A stretch of DNA of 64,000 bases from Octopus vulgaris (GCA_951406725.2 OX597835.1:3596001-3660000); one strand, 5' to 3'; shown: positions 1 to 15,126, counted from the first letter of the stretch. Notes: generated by a model not told the origin, from the sequence alone. Translations and numbers: made by a program.

Positions 1-86
1 GGAATTTGAACTCAGGACGTGAAGGCGGAAGAAATACTGCAAAGCATTTTGCCCGGCCTGCTAACGACTCTGCCAGTTTGCAGCCT
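1..86 (-). mobile_element. tRNA-derived SINE family A, 5' head (cut by window edge)
   Basis: Reverse complement matches the head at 3068 and 19968 (ggc..ctggcaga.tcgttagca..ccgggc.aaatgctt..gagttcaaattcc). Confidence 0.75.
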
Positions 87-93
87 CATTTAA

Positions 94-1460
<1,367 letters not shown>

Positions 1461-1597
1461 ATGTAAATAAAATGAACAATAAAACAGGAGACAGGACATT
1501 TGACAAATAACGTATATTTTTAACGCTTTAATGCAATGAGAAAACGCCTTAACGTTTCTGATGTTAGTCCTTCATCAGAATACACACTCGCCCACGC

Positions 1598-1657
<60 letters not shown>

Positions 1658-2125
1658 ACATAAGGGTATCTCCTTCGGCCATAGTTAATTCGGATGTCTA
1701 TACTTAAAAATTCTTTTGGAAAATTTTTTCTGGAAGAGGCCTTTATGAATGAATATATTATCCACTCACCGCCACTGATGAAATCTAAAGGAGAGAGATA
1801 AACCGAAACCAGTGTCGTCATAATTGTTGTCGTCAGAACTCAAACAGCCAGAAAAGATACCACAAGACATCCAATTCTCCAACACGGACAGCATCGCCAA
1901 TCCAACGCCCTAAATCAATAATTTTTATCGATCACAAAACAATGAAAGTCTGTTGCCCGCGGTGGTGTTTGAACTCAAAGTACATAGAGACGGTACAGAT
2001 CTTTAAAAGCGCCGAATATGCATTTTCTTCACTTAAATAGTATCAAATATACGAAGCGTTGCCCTGCATACTGAACATGATGAAGCAGTGGCTTGCTGAA
2101 CGAAAATGACTGATTATATAAGAAA

Positions 2126-2705
2126 CTAACAGTATAGCCAGGCGTTGCTCGGGTTTGTTTTTTAGTTGCGCTTAAAACGGGCAGCTTTTGATGTCGCGTT
2201 AACAAAGTTTTGACATAGTTTCAATCTATGAATAAAAGTATAGTGTGGCGATGCTCGAGTTTGCTCTGAATGTGCTGCAAATGTGTAAAGGCGACTTCAA
2301 TTGTTGGTGTTGCTGGTTAATATTCCTTCTATTAACATTATGGAGAAAAACACTACCCGTAGATTTAAAGCAAAATGAAGCTTAAGTTTCGAACTGCACT
2401 GAAAATCTATTAAGAAGTTAACTCTGCAGCAGTATTCATTAAGAAAAGTACACAGCAGTCAAAAAATCGTAAAAAAATAGGGATTTTCATAGAAAAATAG
2501 CACCTTTTTGATGTAAATAATTTTTGGTCTTAACATAGTCCGATCAGAATTTTTTCTTCTACGGAAGGAAGAGCAAGCCTTCTTCTATCATACTGTCGAT
2601 TTTGGTCAACTTGCGCCGCAGGGTCTCGGAGGAGATAGTGTTAGCTGAAGGCTACCAACACCTGCTACACACACACAAACACAACTTCAGCTTTATAGAT
2701 ATAGA
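2126..2705 (-). mobile_element. Non-autonomous Helitron (family H1)
   Basis: Minus strand begins A|TCTATATCTATAAAGCTGAAGTTGTG. It ends with a GC-rich imperfect hairpin CCCGAGCAACGCCTGG followed by CTATACTGTTAG|T (CTAG-like end). Inserted between A and T with no TSD. Confidence 0.7.
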
Positions 2706-2966
2706 TTTATACGTTGTGCTTTTTGTTTCACAACCGTCGGAGCGTGAAGCGCTCCTCACGGACGCAGCTCGTGAGGTGGTTCTGATCTGTAAACAGTTTT
2801 GAGTTGGAACCGGAAAAAGAAGAATGATGGTGCAATACGCATGTGCGCACTGAATTCGTTAAACGGAAGAGAAGATTAAAAACATAATGTCAAGTTATAT
2901 AATGGTCTTTATGCCGCGTCTGACACCACCATCACGCAGCTTTGTTGCAATTTTCTTGTTTGCAAA

Positions 2967-3372
2967 TCTATTATTAAAAAATCCTTCTGTGTGTGTGTGT
3001 GTGTGTCTTCTAGGATTTCGGGCATCCTCCATCCGATTGCGCTAAAATTTGATATGTAGATACCGACGGCGGCGAGCTGACAGAAACGTTAGCACGCCGG
3101 GCGAAATGCTTAGCGGTATTTCGTCTGCGTTACGTTGTGAGTTCAAATTCCGCCGAGGTCGACTTTGCCTTTCATCCTTTCGGGGTCGATAAATTAAGTA
3201 CCAGTTACGCACTGGGGTCGATGTAATCGACTTAATACCTATGTCTGTCCTTGTTTGTCCCCTCTGTGTTTAGCCCCTTGTGGGTAATAAAGAAATAGGT
3301 GTCAGGGCGTGTATAAGTCTTGAAAACATTGCAAAAATCGATTCCAGGTGAGAATGCGATCGATAAAGCCGT
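2967..3372 (+). mobile_element. Non-autonomous Helitron family H2, 3'-truncated and interrupted by a SINE
   Basis: Starts A|TCTATTATTAAAA. Colinear with the 24625-24980 copy on both sides of the SINE at 3068-3297. Confidence 0.7.
3068..3297 (+). mobile_element. tRNA-derived SINE family A (tail type 1)
   Basis: A-box-like head, B-box GAGTTCAAATTCC, core gccgaggtcgactttgcctttcatcctttcggggtcgataaattaagtacc. Near-identical to the 19968 copy. Confidence 0.85.
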
Positions 3373-4853
3373 TTTTGTCCTGCTTTTCTTCCGTCAACCT
3401 GTACATAACTGCACCTTCTCTTTGTTGTTGTTTTGGTACGTAGAGTTAAATTCTTAAATTTATTAAAACTTCTTAGCATCATTATGAGAAGGTTGTTCAG
3501 CTACGCTTCTGAAAATTCAGAGGAGTCAAATGTTTTATTGACAACCAGCGTTACTGCTTTTATGTTTAACTCGCAAGTGGATATTAGTTATATTAATGTT
3601 GAGGCAAAAGTGCAGCATAACCAGCAGAAATCAGTGGCACAAGTTTCAATGTGTGATTCTTCATTTTGGCACAAGTCCAGCAGTTTTAGAAGGAAGGATG
3701 ATTAAATTGTGATAACGGTTGTGTTTCAATATTTTAAAGTATTTCAGTTATCTGGTTAAGGAATGTATTAGAAAATTTGTTATTTACTGATTACATGATC
3801 AATAATGAATTTGTACAATTAAAGATTTATAATTTTTCTCAACAGAAAATACTTCTTCTGTGGGTCTTGTGCGTTAAAATTCTTTTCTAATAATAATTAA
3901 AAAAGAAGCTCCCCTCCTCCGGTATAGCTAACCCTAAATTAACAGAAACTTCATAATCGGATCAGATATTCCAATAGTTCGAGTCTCTTTCGCTGCCGTT
4001 TATATAAATACCAGTAATATCTTGAGATTGATTCAGTCAACTGTACTTTTTTTTATAAAACATCAAAATCGTTTCTTCGCAAGAAATCACTGTTTATTCG
4101 GCTTTCTATCACTCACTCAATCGATCGATCGATCAAACAGTCAATCAATCTATGTCTATCTGTCTGTCTATCAATTAATCGCTGAAGTTTCATAATCTGA
4201 CGATGTTTGCGAATTTTCTTTCTGAATTTAAAATGTTCCGTAACCTGGAAACAAATACCCGGCTTCCGCAACGCATGTTGATAGCTACGGAATATAAAAC
4301 TTGGCTTTGATCGAGCTGGACTATTATCAAAGGTATCCTTACCGTGAACATCCCGAAATTTTAGGGTTAAACATTATTTGAGGTAGCCGTGACCATCTCT
4401 TCCTTCAGGAAGCAACTGAGATTACATTATCTGGTGTCTTCCTTTACTCAAGAGAAGAGGTGGACTGACAATGTTGTACGATCCTTAGAAAAATTGTCTT
4501 GTGGGATTCGATCCGACTCTTTACGCGCAGAACTCAAATCTCGTACGCTATTTTTAGCGTGACCAGTCAAGTAGTGGAAACAGTTTTATAATCTAACTCG
4601 CTCTTCCAAATCGCAGACCATGTGTCACTATTAGAAACAATTTAAGATGGTAGGATATAATTTGAGGGAAGTTTGGCTACCATTTCTAGTAGTCGAACGA
4701 CCACAAAGAGGCTTCTTCGAATGTAGATTTTTTTTTCAACATGCAACAACAAACGAATAGACACTGACATTTTAGCAATAGAAAATTTCATTAAATCATC
4801 GGTGTATAACTGGTTGGTGAATGGTATCAAGGTGTGGTTCACCTGAAAACGGA

Positions 4854-5314
4854 ATTGTTCGCCAGGAAATCTGAATCCAACCGCATCGAGTCCCACCTTG
4901 CTCCGAACATACTGAAACTGAGTTTTCGAAATACGTGAGCCGAATGTCTTTTTTTTTTTATTTTCAACAAAAATTGAATAGAAAAATTGTAAATCGAGAT
5001 TGTTGTACTTTCTAAAAGCTAAAAATATTTGTACAAAGCATAATTTTCAAAAACAGAAAAAAGGATAGGGGACATATTTACGAAACTTATTTTTTGAAAT
5101 CCCTGACCCGAAGAATACATTCCTAGCACTGGTGTTATTGTTTGAAAACTGGACGAATCCGTGAAAATCGGGACGTTTTGACAGCCTACTCTATCGTAGT
5201 CTTCCCTGCATTTTGGTGGATGTTTCGAAATCTAAGAAGACTGCAGGCTTTGTTATTGAAGCATCAGTTAAAATAATGACAACATAAACGTATCTTAGGT
5301 GATCGTTGACACTT
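4854..5314 (+). repeat. ~460-bp direct repeat, copy 1
   Basis: High identity to 6817-7270 over the whole length. Confidence 0.9.
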
Positions 5315-5700
5315 TAAAAAATAGATAAATAAATAAACAAGCAAAATAACAGGCGACAATATCAGCGATGATAATTATAGCCACTACCAGAAGCAACATC
5401 AAGAACAGTAAGAGCAACAACAAAATTAACAACAACACCAATAGTGTATGTTAACATGTAATTCATCCGACACCCATCTCCCACCCTGTTTTCGTAGAGG
5501 TTGATTTCATAGGGAAATCTTGTGTCGACATTTCAACTGCGGTTGGTCAGGGAAATTTTTGCCTGTAGATATTTTTGGTAATCACACAAACACAGCGCTC
5601 ACAACTTATACAAATATGTACATGATGTGTGCGCAAAGATATATATATATATATATATAAATATGTGTGTGTATGTCCATTTATACACATACATGCGGTG

Positions 5701-6664
5701 TGTAGCTCGAATGAGGAGGTGTTGTGTGATAGGAGTTGTTAAATTGTTTTAATAGCGAGTCATGTAAATGGGAAATAAGGGAATACTGCCCTGTAGTTTA
5801 TCTTGTATGTCAATATTTCGGGTTTAAAGGGTTTTTTTTATCAAGAGTAAGTGGAGTCTGGTGAAGACCTAATATCTGTTACGTACACAGACTGGCATTG
5901 AATAATAATTTACTGTAACGTATCAGCGCAAAAATGAGGCGTGGAAACGGCTACATGTCACCCCGTGGAAGACTTTGTGATGGAATCAGGCAAACATTGA
6001 CATCGTCACTCGGGACTGGTAGTTGAGTGCCATCGAAGGGCAATTCCTGAATGATGCCTTCGTATTAAAGCATTCCATTGTGCCCTGAAGGACTGAGGAA
6101 TTTGTCTTCGATCCCACTAATACTGGATTAGTTAAGATGTTCGGTGTGCTATCAGAATTGATGGGTTGTGACAATCGTTGTCGTTGAGGGTAGTGAAACT
6201 CCTTCGCCCGGGAAATATTAGGCAAAAGAACTGGTCCGAAAGAGGACTGGAGATCCAATTGCAGATGAAGCCAGAACACTTGGAAAAGATCCTGGAACAA
6301 AAGCAGTTACCGAAAGAAGCAGACGTGCGAGTCAAGGTGAAGGACTGAAGGTTAAAGAGAAATAGGAAAACCTCCACTGGTTCCGACACAACAAATGCTC
6401 TTGCAACAGAAACAGGAGTTTATTTTGATGGTCATCATTTTCGTAGGGTACCGGTCCGTTCATTTCTGGTGTTAAATGGTTTTGCACGTGTAGTTTTTCG
6501 TACTTTTTGTGTAACAAGCTTAAAGTACTTCCCGTTTGTTATCCTTGGCTTGAATAATATGGCTATTATTTAATTTATATTTCATTTTTGTTTTTGTTTT
6601 ATGGTGGTTGGGAACAGAGATGGTCTGATGTTGATTGGATCGTAATGTGGCGAGCGAGTTTACA
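5701..6664. mobile_element. Probable solo LTR
   Basis: Termini TGTAGCTCG...CGAGTTTACA (TG..CA with imperfect inverted ends). Flanks ggtg/cgtg look like a 4-bp TSD with one mismatch. No credible coding similarity. Confidence 0.45.
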
Positions 6665-6816
6665 CGTGTTGTGCGAATGATGGAGCTAAAATACATAATT
6701 TCATTTGGAAAAGAGAAATAAATTTTAATGAGTATTACTTACTCGGAAATACTCCAACATTTTAGCCGTCATTTTAGGTAGCATTTGTTGTCTTTATTCT
6801 CGATGTTTTTGGATAG

Positions 6817-7270
6817 ATTGTTCACCAGAAAATCTGAATCCAACCGCATCAAGTCCCACCCTGCTCCGGACATACTGAAACTGAGTTTTCGAAATACGTG
6901 AACCGTACGTCTTGTTTTCTTCTTTTCAACAAAAATTGAATAGAAAAATTGTAAATCGAGATTGTACTTTCTAAAAGCTAAAAATATTTGTAGAAAGCAT
7001 AATTTTCAAAACAGAAAAAGGAGTGGGGACATATTTACGAAACTTATTTTTGAAATCCCTGACCTGAAGAATACATTCCTAGCACTGGTGTTATTGTTTG
7101 AAAACTGGACGAATCCGTGAAAATCGGGACGTTTTGACAGCCTGCTCCATCGTAGTCTTTTCTGTATTTTGGTGGATGTTTCGAAATATAAGAAGACTGT
7201 AGGCTTTGTTATTGAAGCATCAGTTAAAATAATGACAACATAAACGTATCTCAGGTGATCGTTGACACTT
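6817..7270 (+). repeat. ~460-bp direct repeat, copy 2
   Basis: High identity to 4854-5314. Confidence 0.9.
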
Positions 7271-7330
7271 AAGTATTTTATCGCTCTCACAATACTAAAC
7301 GTCCCCGGTGTTATCCTTATTAGTATTATT

Positions 7331-7861
7331 GAGTGAGAGAGCAGTATATGCTATTAAAGTGACACTGGGGTACAATTATACGAAGCCCAATATACCCATC
7401 ATGACTACCCATCTGACAAGGGTACACCAGATACATGAAACATGACCATATGTGCACGACATTGTGATCTTTTATGAAGATAAACAGCGCATGACCTTGC
7501 AGGTGGGGCCCAGTTAGAATTTTCTTCAGGTCGAGTAGCCCATTCCGCTCAAAAGGTCCCTGAATAAGGTTTGTTTAAGGATGATGAACAAAACACCCGT
7601 GTTTCCAGAGGTGAATTATTCAAACCCCAAAGAATTCCTCTCAATACATGGCTACGATGCCAACCCCCACCTCTGCTCGTGATCAGAGATGCACATATCG
7701 TCAGCCACCAAGGGACATGCTCAACTGGTTATGGTCAAGCAGCTGACAAGCAAATCTCTGGTAGTGAGTAGAACATTTGTTGTAGCCCGTCTTTTATATT
7801 AAGACAATGTATATGATAACACACCCATATCGTTTATGATCAAAAGCTATGAGAGCCACTG

Positions 7862-7865
<4 letters not shown>
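7331..7865 (+). mobile_element. Unclassified ~535-bp interspersed element (family D), flanked by ATT/ATC repeats
   Basis: Homologous segments lie on the minus strand at 10618-10743 and 10808-11150. Confidence 0.75.
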
Positions 7866-8358
<493 letters not shown>

Positions 8359-8962
8359 TGGCCGCCATACTGTGAAGTCACGGAAATTTGGTGCTCCATA
8401 ATTTGAAAAAGTGTTTGTAATATTTTCGGCCTTCTAACAAAAACGCAAATATCACCGTTGCGTCTTTTCAATTCTATTGTTGCCATTACATTTCTGAGAT
8501 TGATTGGACAGGGCGAATAGTATTTTGTGTAGAATCATCCCCTATGTTGCAATATTTTTTGAATTTTTACTGCTTTCGGCAAAATCAACTGTTTTCCAAT
8601 TTTCTGTAATCATTCATGATGGCTGATAAAGAAGCCATCATAATGTTCGACAAAGGAACGCGCTCCTTGTCGGGAAAATTTGAGAATGATGAAAGAATTA
8701 AGAATATGGGATATCGAATGGGATAAACTTAATGACGTCACCGAGACGAAAATATTTCGTCTCTGAGCAACGTCAAAACTTTCGGTGTCGCTGTAATCGA
8801 TTTATCCTTTTTTTCACATAACTGGCTTCGTGCCAAAATTAGAAAGAAATATTATTATTTCTTGGTTGAGCTATACATTTACGGTATGCAGTAGTATTTC
8901 CTTATTTATATAGTTATATATCTTAGGCGGTGGGTACAATAGGAAGACATTTTTTTGATAAA

Positions 8963-9234
8963 TGTTATATTAGTTTAACGCCTAAAAAGGAGGGAATGAG
9001 CCTTGTTTCGGATGTGCGTTCGTGCGTAGGAGGTTTCTGCTATCTGCGAAGGGGAACGAGAAAATAACTGCGGACGTTGGTCAATTCGTTTTTACGAATA
9101 CTTCCGGTCACTCTGAGAGGAACACCTGTTAATAATTGTGCATGGTGCGGCAGGTGGAGATCAAAGAAAAAAAAAACGTGTAGTTGACCAAAGTTGTTTA
9201 TCGTACATGTTATCTGGGCCTTGAAACACTCACA
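8963..9234. mobile_element. Possible short solo LTR
   Basis: TGTTAT...CTCACA termini with flanks ataaa/ataga (5 bp, one mismatch). Single copy in the window. Confidence 0.25.
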
Positions 9235-9580
9235 ATAGAATCAATTCGAACTAAAATTAATTCGAGCTTAAAACGTCTTCAAATATGGCTGCATAGATAG
9301 GGTTTTTTCTGAATTAAGTGCTTATTTAGTGTGATGAGCATAATAATTCTAATTAAACTCGTCTTGACTCGTCATGAGATGAGATAAGCTGTGTGCGCAT
9401 GCGTTTTTGTGTTTCGTATGTTTGTGTTTAATTATTGTGTAATGCATAGAAAACTACATCATTTTGGACACATTACTCCTTCGTGGTTTCTAAGATTGCA
9501 AAATGGGATTCTAGAAATATTTCGTTACTATTTCTAGCAGTTTGTGCGACCACATAGCAGTATTCACCCCTGTATAGCTG

Positions 9581-9624
<44 letters not shown>

Positions 9625-10409
9625 GTGTTTATGTGCGTGTTTACAGTTTGATGTCTGCCACATTTGAAGATTCACAACCAGAGGTTTTGTTTTACTGCTC
9701 AATAAGCGGAAAGATCCACAGACGAAGGCCTGAAATGAATCGTCCTCTGCAGTTCAAAGACTGACCAACGATGAGGCGGTCACTAGAGTTTGCTCATGTC
9801 ACTAATGAATGGCAACTAGTTCCATTGTTTCGCGAAGGTTTTGTCAAGGGCGTAGTCAACCGCCATAACACCTGTAGAAGCTCCATTGTTTATTTCATGC
9901 TTAATTTTAACACCTCTGTCTTCGCTTCATATTTTCTCTTTCATCTTGACCCGTTTGATGAAAATGAGTGTGGGAACATAATTGACTTACTGCAGGTAAG
10001 TTGCTCTGGTTATTGTTGTTGTTGTTATTCAGACTTAGATCAAAGTCGTTCGAGCCACGACCATCAATTACTATTTCTTACTTTTGAAGACAGCATGCAT
10101 TCTCGGATAGAAGAGAGTTGCTGTCGTTGTTATTGTTATTGTTATTGTTCTTGTGGCGGCGGCGGTTGCGGTGGTGGCGACGGTGGTGGTTGTTATTATT
10201 ATTATTATTATTTAGACCCAGATCAGGCGTATAATCAAAGGTGTCTCTATTTTCCAGATACGTAGTGTATTTATGATTAAATTATCTGTTTTTAAAGAAA
10301 ATTGAGTGAAAACCGAGGAAGATTTAACTGCTATTTCTAACAGGCTGCGTAACTGCACAGAGGTTCCGTTATTGTTTGACTTCGATTAGGACTTGTTTGC
10401 GTTGAATTT

Positions 10410-10612
10410 TATTTTTTTACTCTTTTACTTGTTTCAGTCATTTGAATGTGGCCATGCTGGAGCACCGCCTTTAGTCGATCGAGCAAATCAACCCCCCAGG
10501 ACTTATTCTTTGTAAGCCTAGTACTTATTATATTGGTCTCTTTTGCCGAACCGCTAAGTTACAGGGACGTAAACACACCAGCATCGGTTGTCAAGCGATG
10601 TTGGTTGGGGTG
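10410..10612 (-). mobile_element. SINE family B, 3' tail module
   Basis: Reverse complement of the tail at 26420-26642. Confidence 0.8.
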
Positions 10613-10617
10613 GGATG

Positions 10618-10743
10618 GCGCACATATGGTTGTGATGCATGTGCCTAGTGTACCCTTATCAGACGGGTTGTCATGACGGGTATACTGGGCTTCGTATATT
10701 TTACCCCAGTGTCACTTTGATGGCATGCACTGCTCTCTCACTC

Positions 10744-10807
<64 letters not shown>

Positions 10808-11150
10808 GCCTTCTGATCTTAACTGATTGGAAGTGCTATCATGTACGTATCTTGCCTTGGTGTAATAGACGGGCTACAGCAAATATTCGGCTCAACACCA
10901 CAGTTGCTTGACTTTAACCAGTTGAGCATGTCTTCTTAGTGGCTGATAATATGTGCTGCTCTGATCACGAGCAGAAGTAGTGGGGGTGGGGGCATCATTG
11001 CCATGTGTTGAGAGGAATTCTTTGGGGTTTGAATAGTTCACCTCTGGAAACATGGGTGTTTCGTTTAACATCCTTAAGCAACCTTTATTCAGGGACCTTT
11101 TGAGCGGGACGGGCTGCTCAACCCGGAGAAACCGGGTCCCAGCTGCAAAG
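10618..11150 (-). mobile_element. Family D element: two partial units head-to-tail separated by (AAT)n
   Basis: 10808-11150 matches 7495-7850 and 10618-10743 matches 7331-7457. (AAT)n lies at 10744-10805. Confidence 0.75.
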
Positions 11151-11564
11151 TCCTGCAAATAGCAGAGGTGAACAAGAGCCTCCTTGTAAGATATCTCTTT
11201 TGATTGTTACCTCGGCTAAGTGCTGGTTGTTGCAGGAATGAAACGTTTTCCGACTAGGTATGTTGTTCTTAATCAGTGAACGCACTCCCAGCTATTCCAC
11301 ACATGTCGTGTGTTTCTTCTTTCAAATTTGCTTCCATTTCTTGCCGAGTGTCTTCCCGACTCCTAGGGCAAAGAAACTCATAGTATACATTGGTAGGCCA
11401 TTAAACTAAACTCACTAGTTTGTTCATTTTTTTTTTGATAGAAATAAAGTTAAATTAAAATACATGGGTAGTAATAGTTCTCACATCGACAATGCTCTTC
11501 TCAATACGTGTGATGTACCAGTTAAGACAATCTTTTACACTTCTTGCAGGGATGGTAGGGATTC

Positions 11565-11633
<69 letters not shown>

Positions 11634-11795
11634 GGCGGCGAACTGGCAGAATTGTTAATCCGCCAAGCAAAATACTTAGTAGCGCAGAAATCGTCTTTGC
11701 CTTTCATCCATTCGGGGTCGATGAAATAAGTATCAGTTGTGTGGTTGGGTCGATGTAATCGACAGACCCCTTGCCCCAAGTTTCAGTTCTTACTA
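11634..11795 (+). mobile_element. SINE family A (tail type 2), degenerate
   Basis: Head ggcggcgaactggcaga and core tttgcctttcatccattcggggtcgat. Directly follows (ATT)n. Confidence 0.7.
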
Positions 11796-12499
11796 TCGAT
11801 TCTGTCAGCTCGTCACCTTATTTAAAAGAACTTGATTACCTGAGCTACTGGTCCGTTGATCTAATCATGCATAACATATATTTCAAGAAGACAGCGCCTA
11901 CCCCGTCCTCAATGGCTTAGGGACCGGTTAAGGGCGTAAATATAAGTAAATAACTTTTTAAAGATTATGTTGTACTGATATGATTTGAACTCAGTTTGAG
12001 AGACGATGATGAATCTTATGCTTAGTTCGATACTTAATGGCTTCTATCAAAGCCCGCCGCATTGTTGACTGTAAATATTAATATCTGGTGTATCATCTGT
12101 GTTCTTATTCACGAGCAGCCAAAACAGTTTGTAGAAATGTCGAAATCGTATAATCAACAGCTTCCTCTCGCTGCAATTCCTGAAACCACTTAGGTACGGC
12201 TATTGTTACTGATTTTCATCCGGAAGTGGCCTCTGGCTCAATCGAGTCTCTCAGCAGAAACGTGACCTTCCGTTGCCAGGCGTATCCGCTCTCAGTATCC
12301 GGACAGCGACGTTCTGTGGTTTGTGCCGTTATCGCGCTTAATCAGTTGTTTTATCAAACTTGTACACGAAGCTGCGCGGCAAAACTGGGATGTTAGATAT
12401 ATTTTAGTTTATAAGGTCTGAAAATAACTATTGAGAAGAAATGTGTACGATTTGAACCAACAACTTGCAAAACTTTAAGTAGAAAATTGCAATAAATTA

Positions 12500-13753
12500 T
12501 TAGGTCGTCCCATTTTACCTTTTTCAAAATTGAATGAAATTTAATAGTGTTTTAGAATGTCTAATGGAATTAAAAATTATTTTTATGCATTTCTGTACAT
12601 TTAAACTAATTAAATATTATTTTGCAGAATAAGAGAATTAAAATTTCTTTGATTAAAACCCTTTCTAACTTGGAAGTATCCAAAGAGCATTTAAGGCACA
12701 TAATGCTTTATAAGTACGAAAAGGAAACTCTGCAGCCGAAGCTACTCGAAACATGCACTCAGTATATGGGAAAGAATGCTTGAATAAAAGAACTTGCAGA
12801 AGATGCTTTGCAAAATTCAGAAGTGGAGGTTTCATCCTTGAAGATGAAGATCGAACAGGACGTCCAGTTGAGTTTGATGATAAGCTCCTTGAGGCATTAC
12901 TTGAAGAAAATCCTGCATTATCAGTTGAAGAATTAGCAATAAAGCTTAGTTCAAACCATACAACTGTTCATCGTCATCTTTAACAACTTGGAAAAGTTCC
13001 TAAACTTGGAAAATGGGTGCCTCATGAATTCTCCAAAAGCAACCGCAAATCCCGAGTTGACATCTGCTCTTCTCTCTATTCTCGCGAACTTATTTCACAC
13101 TTTTTGGATAGACTTCTGACTGGTGACGAAAATGAATCTTCTATCGAAATGTTAAACGTTGTAAACAGTCGCTTGGTAAAAGGGAAAAAGCTCGTCCACA
13201 ACCGAGAAGGGAACTTCATGGGAAAAAGGTTCTTTTCTCTACCTGGTGGGTTTGCAAAGGAGTAATTCACTCTGAATTGTTACCACCTAATGCAACAATC
13301 AATGCTCAAGTCTACTGTCAGTAATTAGAGCGTTTGAAACAAGCTTTGAAGAAAAAAAGACCCGCTTTGGTGAATCGAAAAGGAATGATGTTTCATCAGG
13401 ACAATGCGCGACCCCACACTGCAAAGATCACTTCACAGAAAATCGAAGAGCTTGGTTGGGAAAAAATTCCTCATCCACCTTATTTTCCCGACCTTACTCC
13501 TTCAGACTACCATTTGTTTTGTAGTTTACAGAATCATTTGGGGGACATAACTTTGCAAGCCTGGAGGAGGTCGAAACTGACATTTCAGAGTTCTTCGCTT
13601 TGCAACCAAAAGAGTTTTACATTGATGGGATGAAAAAGCTTGTAAATAGATGGAAGGAAGTCATAGATAATCAGGGAAAGTACATTGATGATTAAATTTC
13701 AATTAAATATCATATTTGATCACTTTTTTATTATCAAAAATAGAAAAACCTAT
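12500..13753 (+). mobile_element. Mariner (DD34D) DNA transposon with decayed transposase
   Basis: Frameshifted fragments 12670-13695 contain an HTH region (RTCRRCFAKFRSG..LEDEDRTGRP), WVPHE, LLTGDE, and HQDNARPH..HPPYFPDLTPSDYHLF with 34 residues between the last two catalytic Asp. The 5' end TA|TTAGGTCGTCCCA is TIR-like; the 3' TIR is eroded. Confidence 0.92.
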
Positions 13754-13998
13754 TATATACATTTTTATTATTATTTTTGCAACTTACTTAATCTTTACAT
13801 TTTATTGTTATTTTAATTTTAACTTTTCTATTATATGTAATTTTCTAGATGGTGTAATTTAATTGTTCATTTTGAATTGATAAAAGTGTTTTTTTTTTCC
13901 AATTTTTTATATATATATTATATTGTGTGAAATTTGATTTAGTATTTCTAAATTGAATTTTTTCCTCGTAAGTTTGGATTTTATTCCCTCAAATAATA

Positions 13999-14065
<67 letters not shown>

Positions 14066-14110
14066 CATATATATACACATATATATCTTATTTATATTAT
14101 TATTTGATTG

Positions 14111-14756
14111 AAGGTCACGCATTCATTTCAAAATAATTTTATCTTAATCTTTTTAATACGACTCTATACTGTTTTCTCCCCCCATCTATTTCTCTCTTAT
14201 CTTTTCTCTTATTCCCTTATTTTTCCCCTTCACCGTTTTCTATCTGTCTCTCTTTCTCTCTCTCTCTCTCTCTCTCCAACTTTCTCCTTTACTCTCTCGT
14301 TGCTCACACGTGACCATCGTCCATCTTTCTTTTCTTTCAGGACTGTCCTAAGGACTGGACGTATCCTATCTTTCTCTTCTATCTTTTCTCTTGTCAAAGA
14401 AAATATTTCTCCAGCGTTTGCTATTTTGCTCTCGTCATGCTCAAACGACCCTTAATGCTTGTTTTCGTTCGGTTTCCTTGTATGTCTCCACTGTCCTGTT
14501 TTTGTTCCCGACTTTGATCTTCCATAAATCCCAAATTTTATTTTGGTACTTATAGGAGCAACTGTCTTCGAAGACTCATATTATCATTCAATGCTCGAAA
14601 TGAGAAGTAGATGGACAGTCGGCTACTGATTAGGGGTCGTTGTTTATCTTACTTGTTCTATTTTCCATTTGTTTCTATCGTTGTTTGGGTATTGAACTCA
14701 TCGGTTTTCGTATTTCATGTTGTTTACTGTTGGTGACGTCCTGTTCTCATATATGC

Positions 14757-14798
<42 letters not shown>

Positions 14799-14968
14799 AC
14801 ATGGGAACAGGACGTGTCCACGGTAAACAACATGAAATACGAAGGCAAACCTGGGTGTGAGAACAACGAGAGAAGAAAATGGAAAACAAGACAAGCAACA
14901 CAAAGAACGACCCTTCATCAGTTGTCGGCTGTTTATCTACCCCACATTTGGAGCAATTCACGACAAGT
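14111..14968. mobile_element. Family F repeat (Penelope-like non-coding relic) with an inverted partial terminal copy across (TA)n
   Basis: 14230-14760 is homologous to 22724-23320. 14798-14968 is an inverted copy of ~14590-14750 and reads CTGATGAAGGG on the minus strand. Confidence 0.55.
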
Positions 14969-15002
14969 TTATCTTTATATATATATATATATATATATAC
15001 AA

Positions 15003-15076
<74 letters not shown>

Positions 15077-15126
15077 ATATATATATATATATATAATATC
15101 ATACATATACATATATATATACATAC

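Noticed and set aside
5986-6517. Several 60-104 aa ORFs in the probable solo LTR
   Set aside because: No gag/pol or other motifs recognised.
8368-8795. Possible TA-flanked MITE
   Set aside because: Terminal inverted similarity is too weak to call by eye and there is only one copy in the window.
9771-10265. 164-aa ORF with Cys/Gly/Tyr runs
   Set aside because: Low-complexity trinucleotide-derived composition with no recognisable domain.
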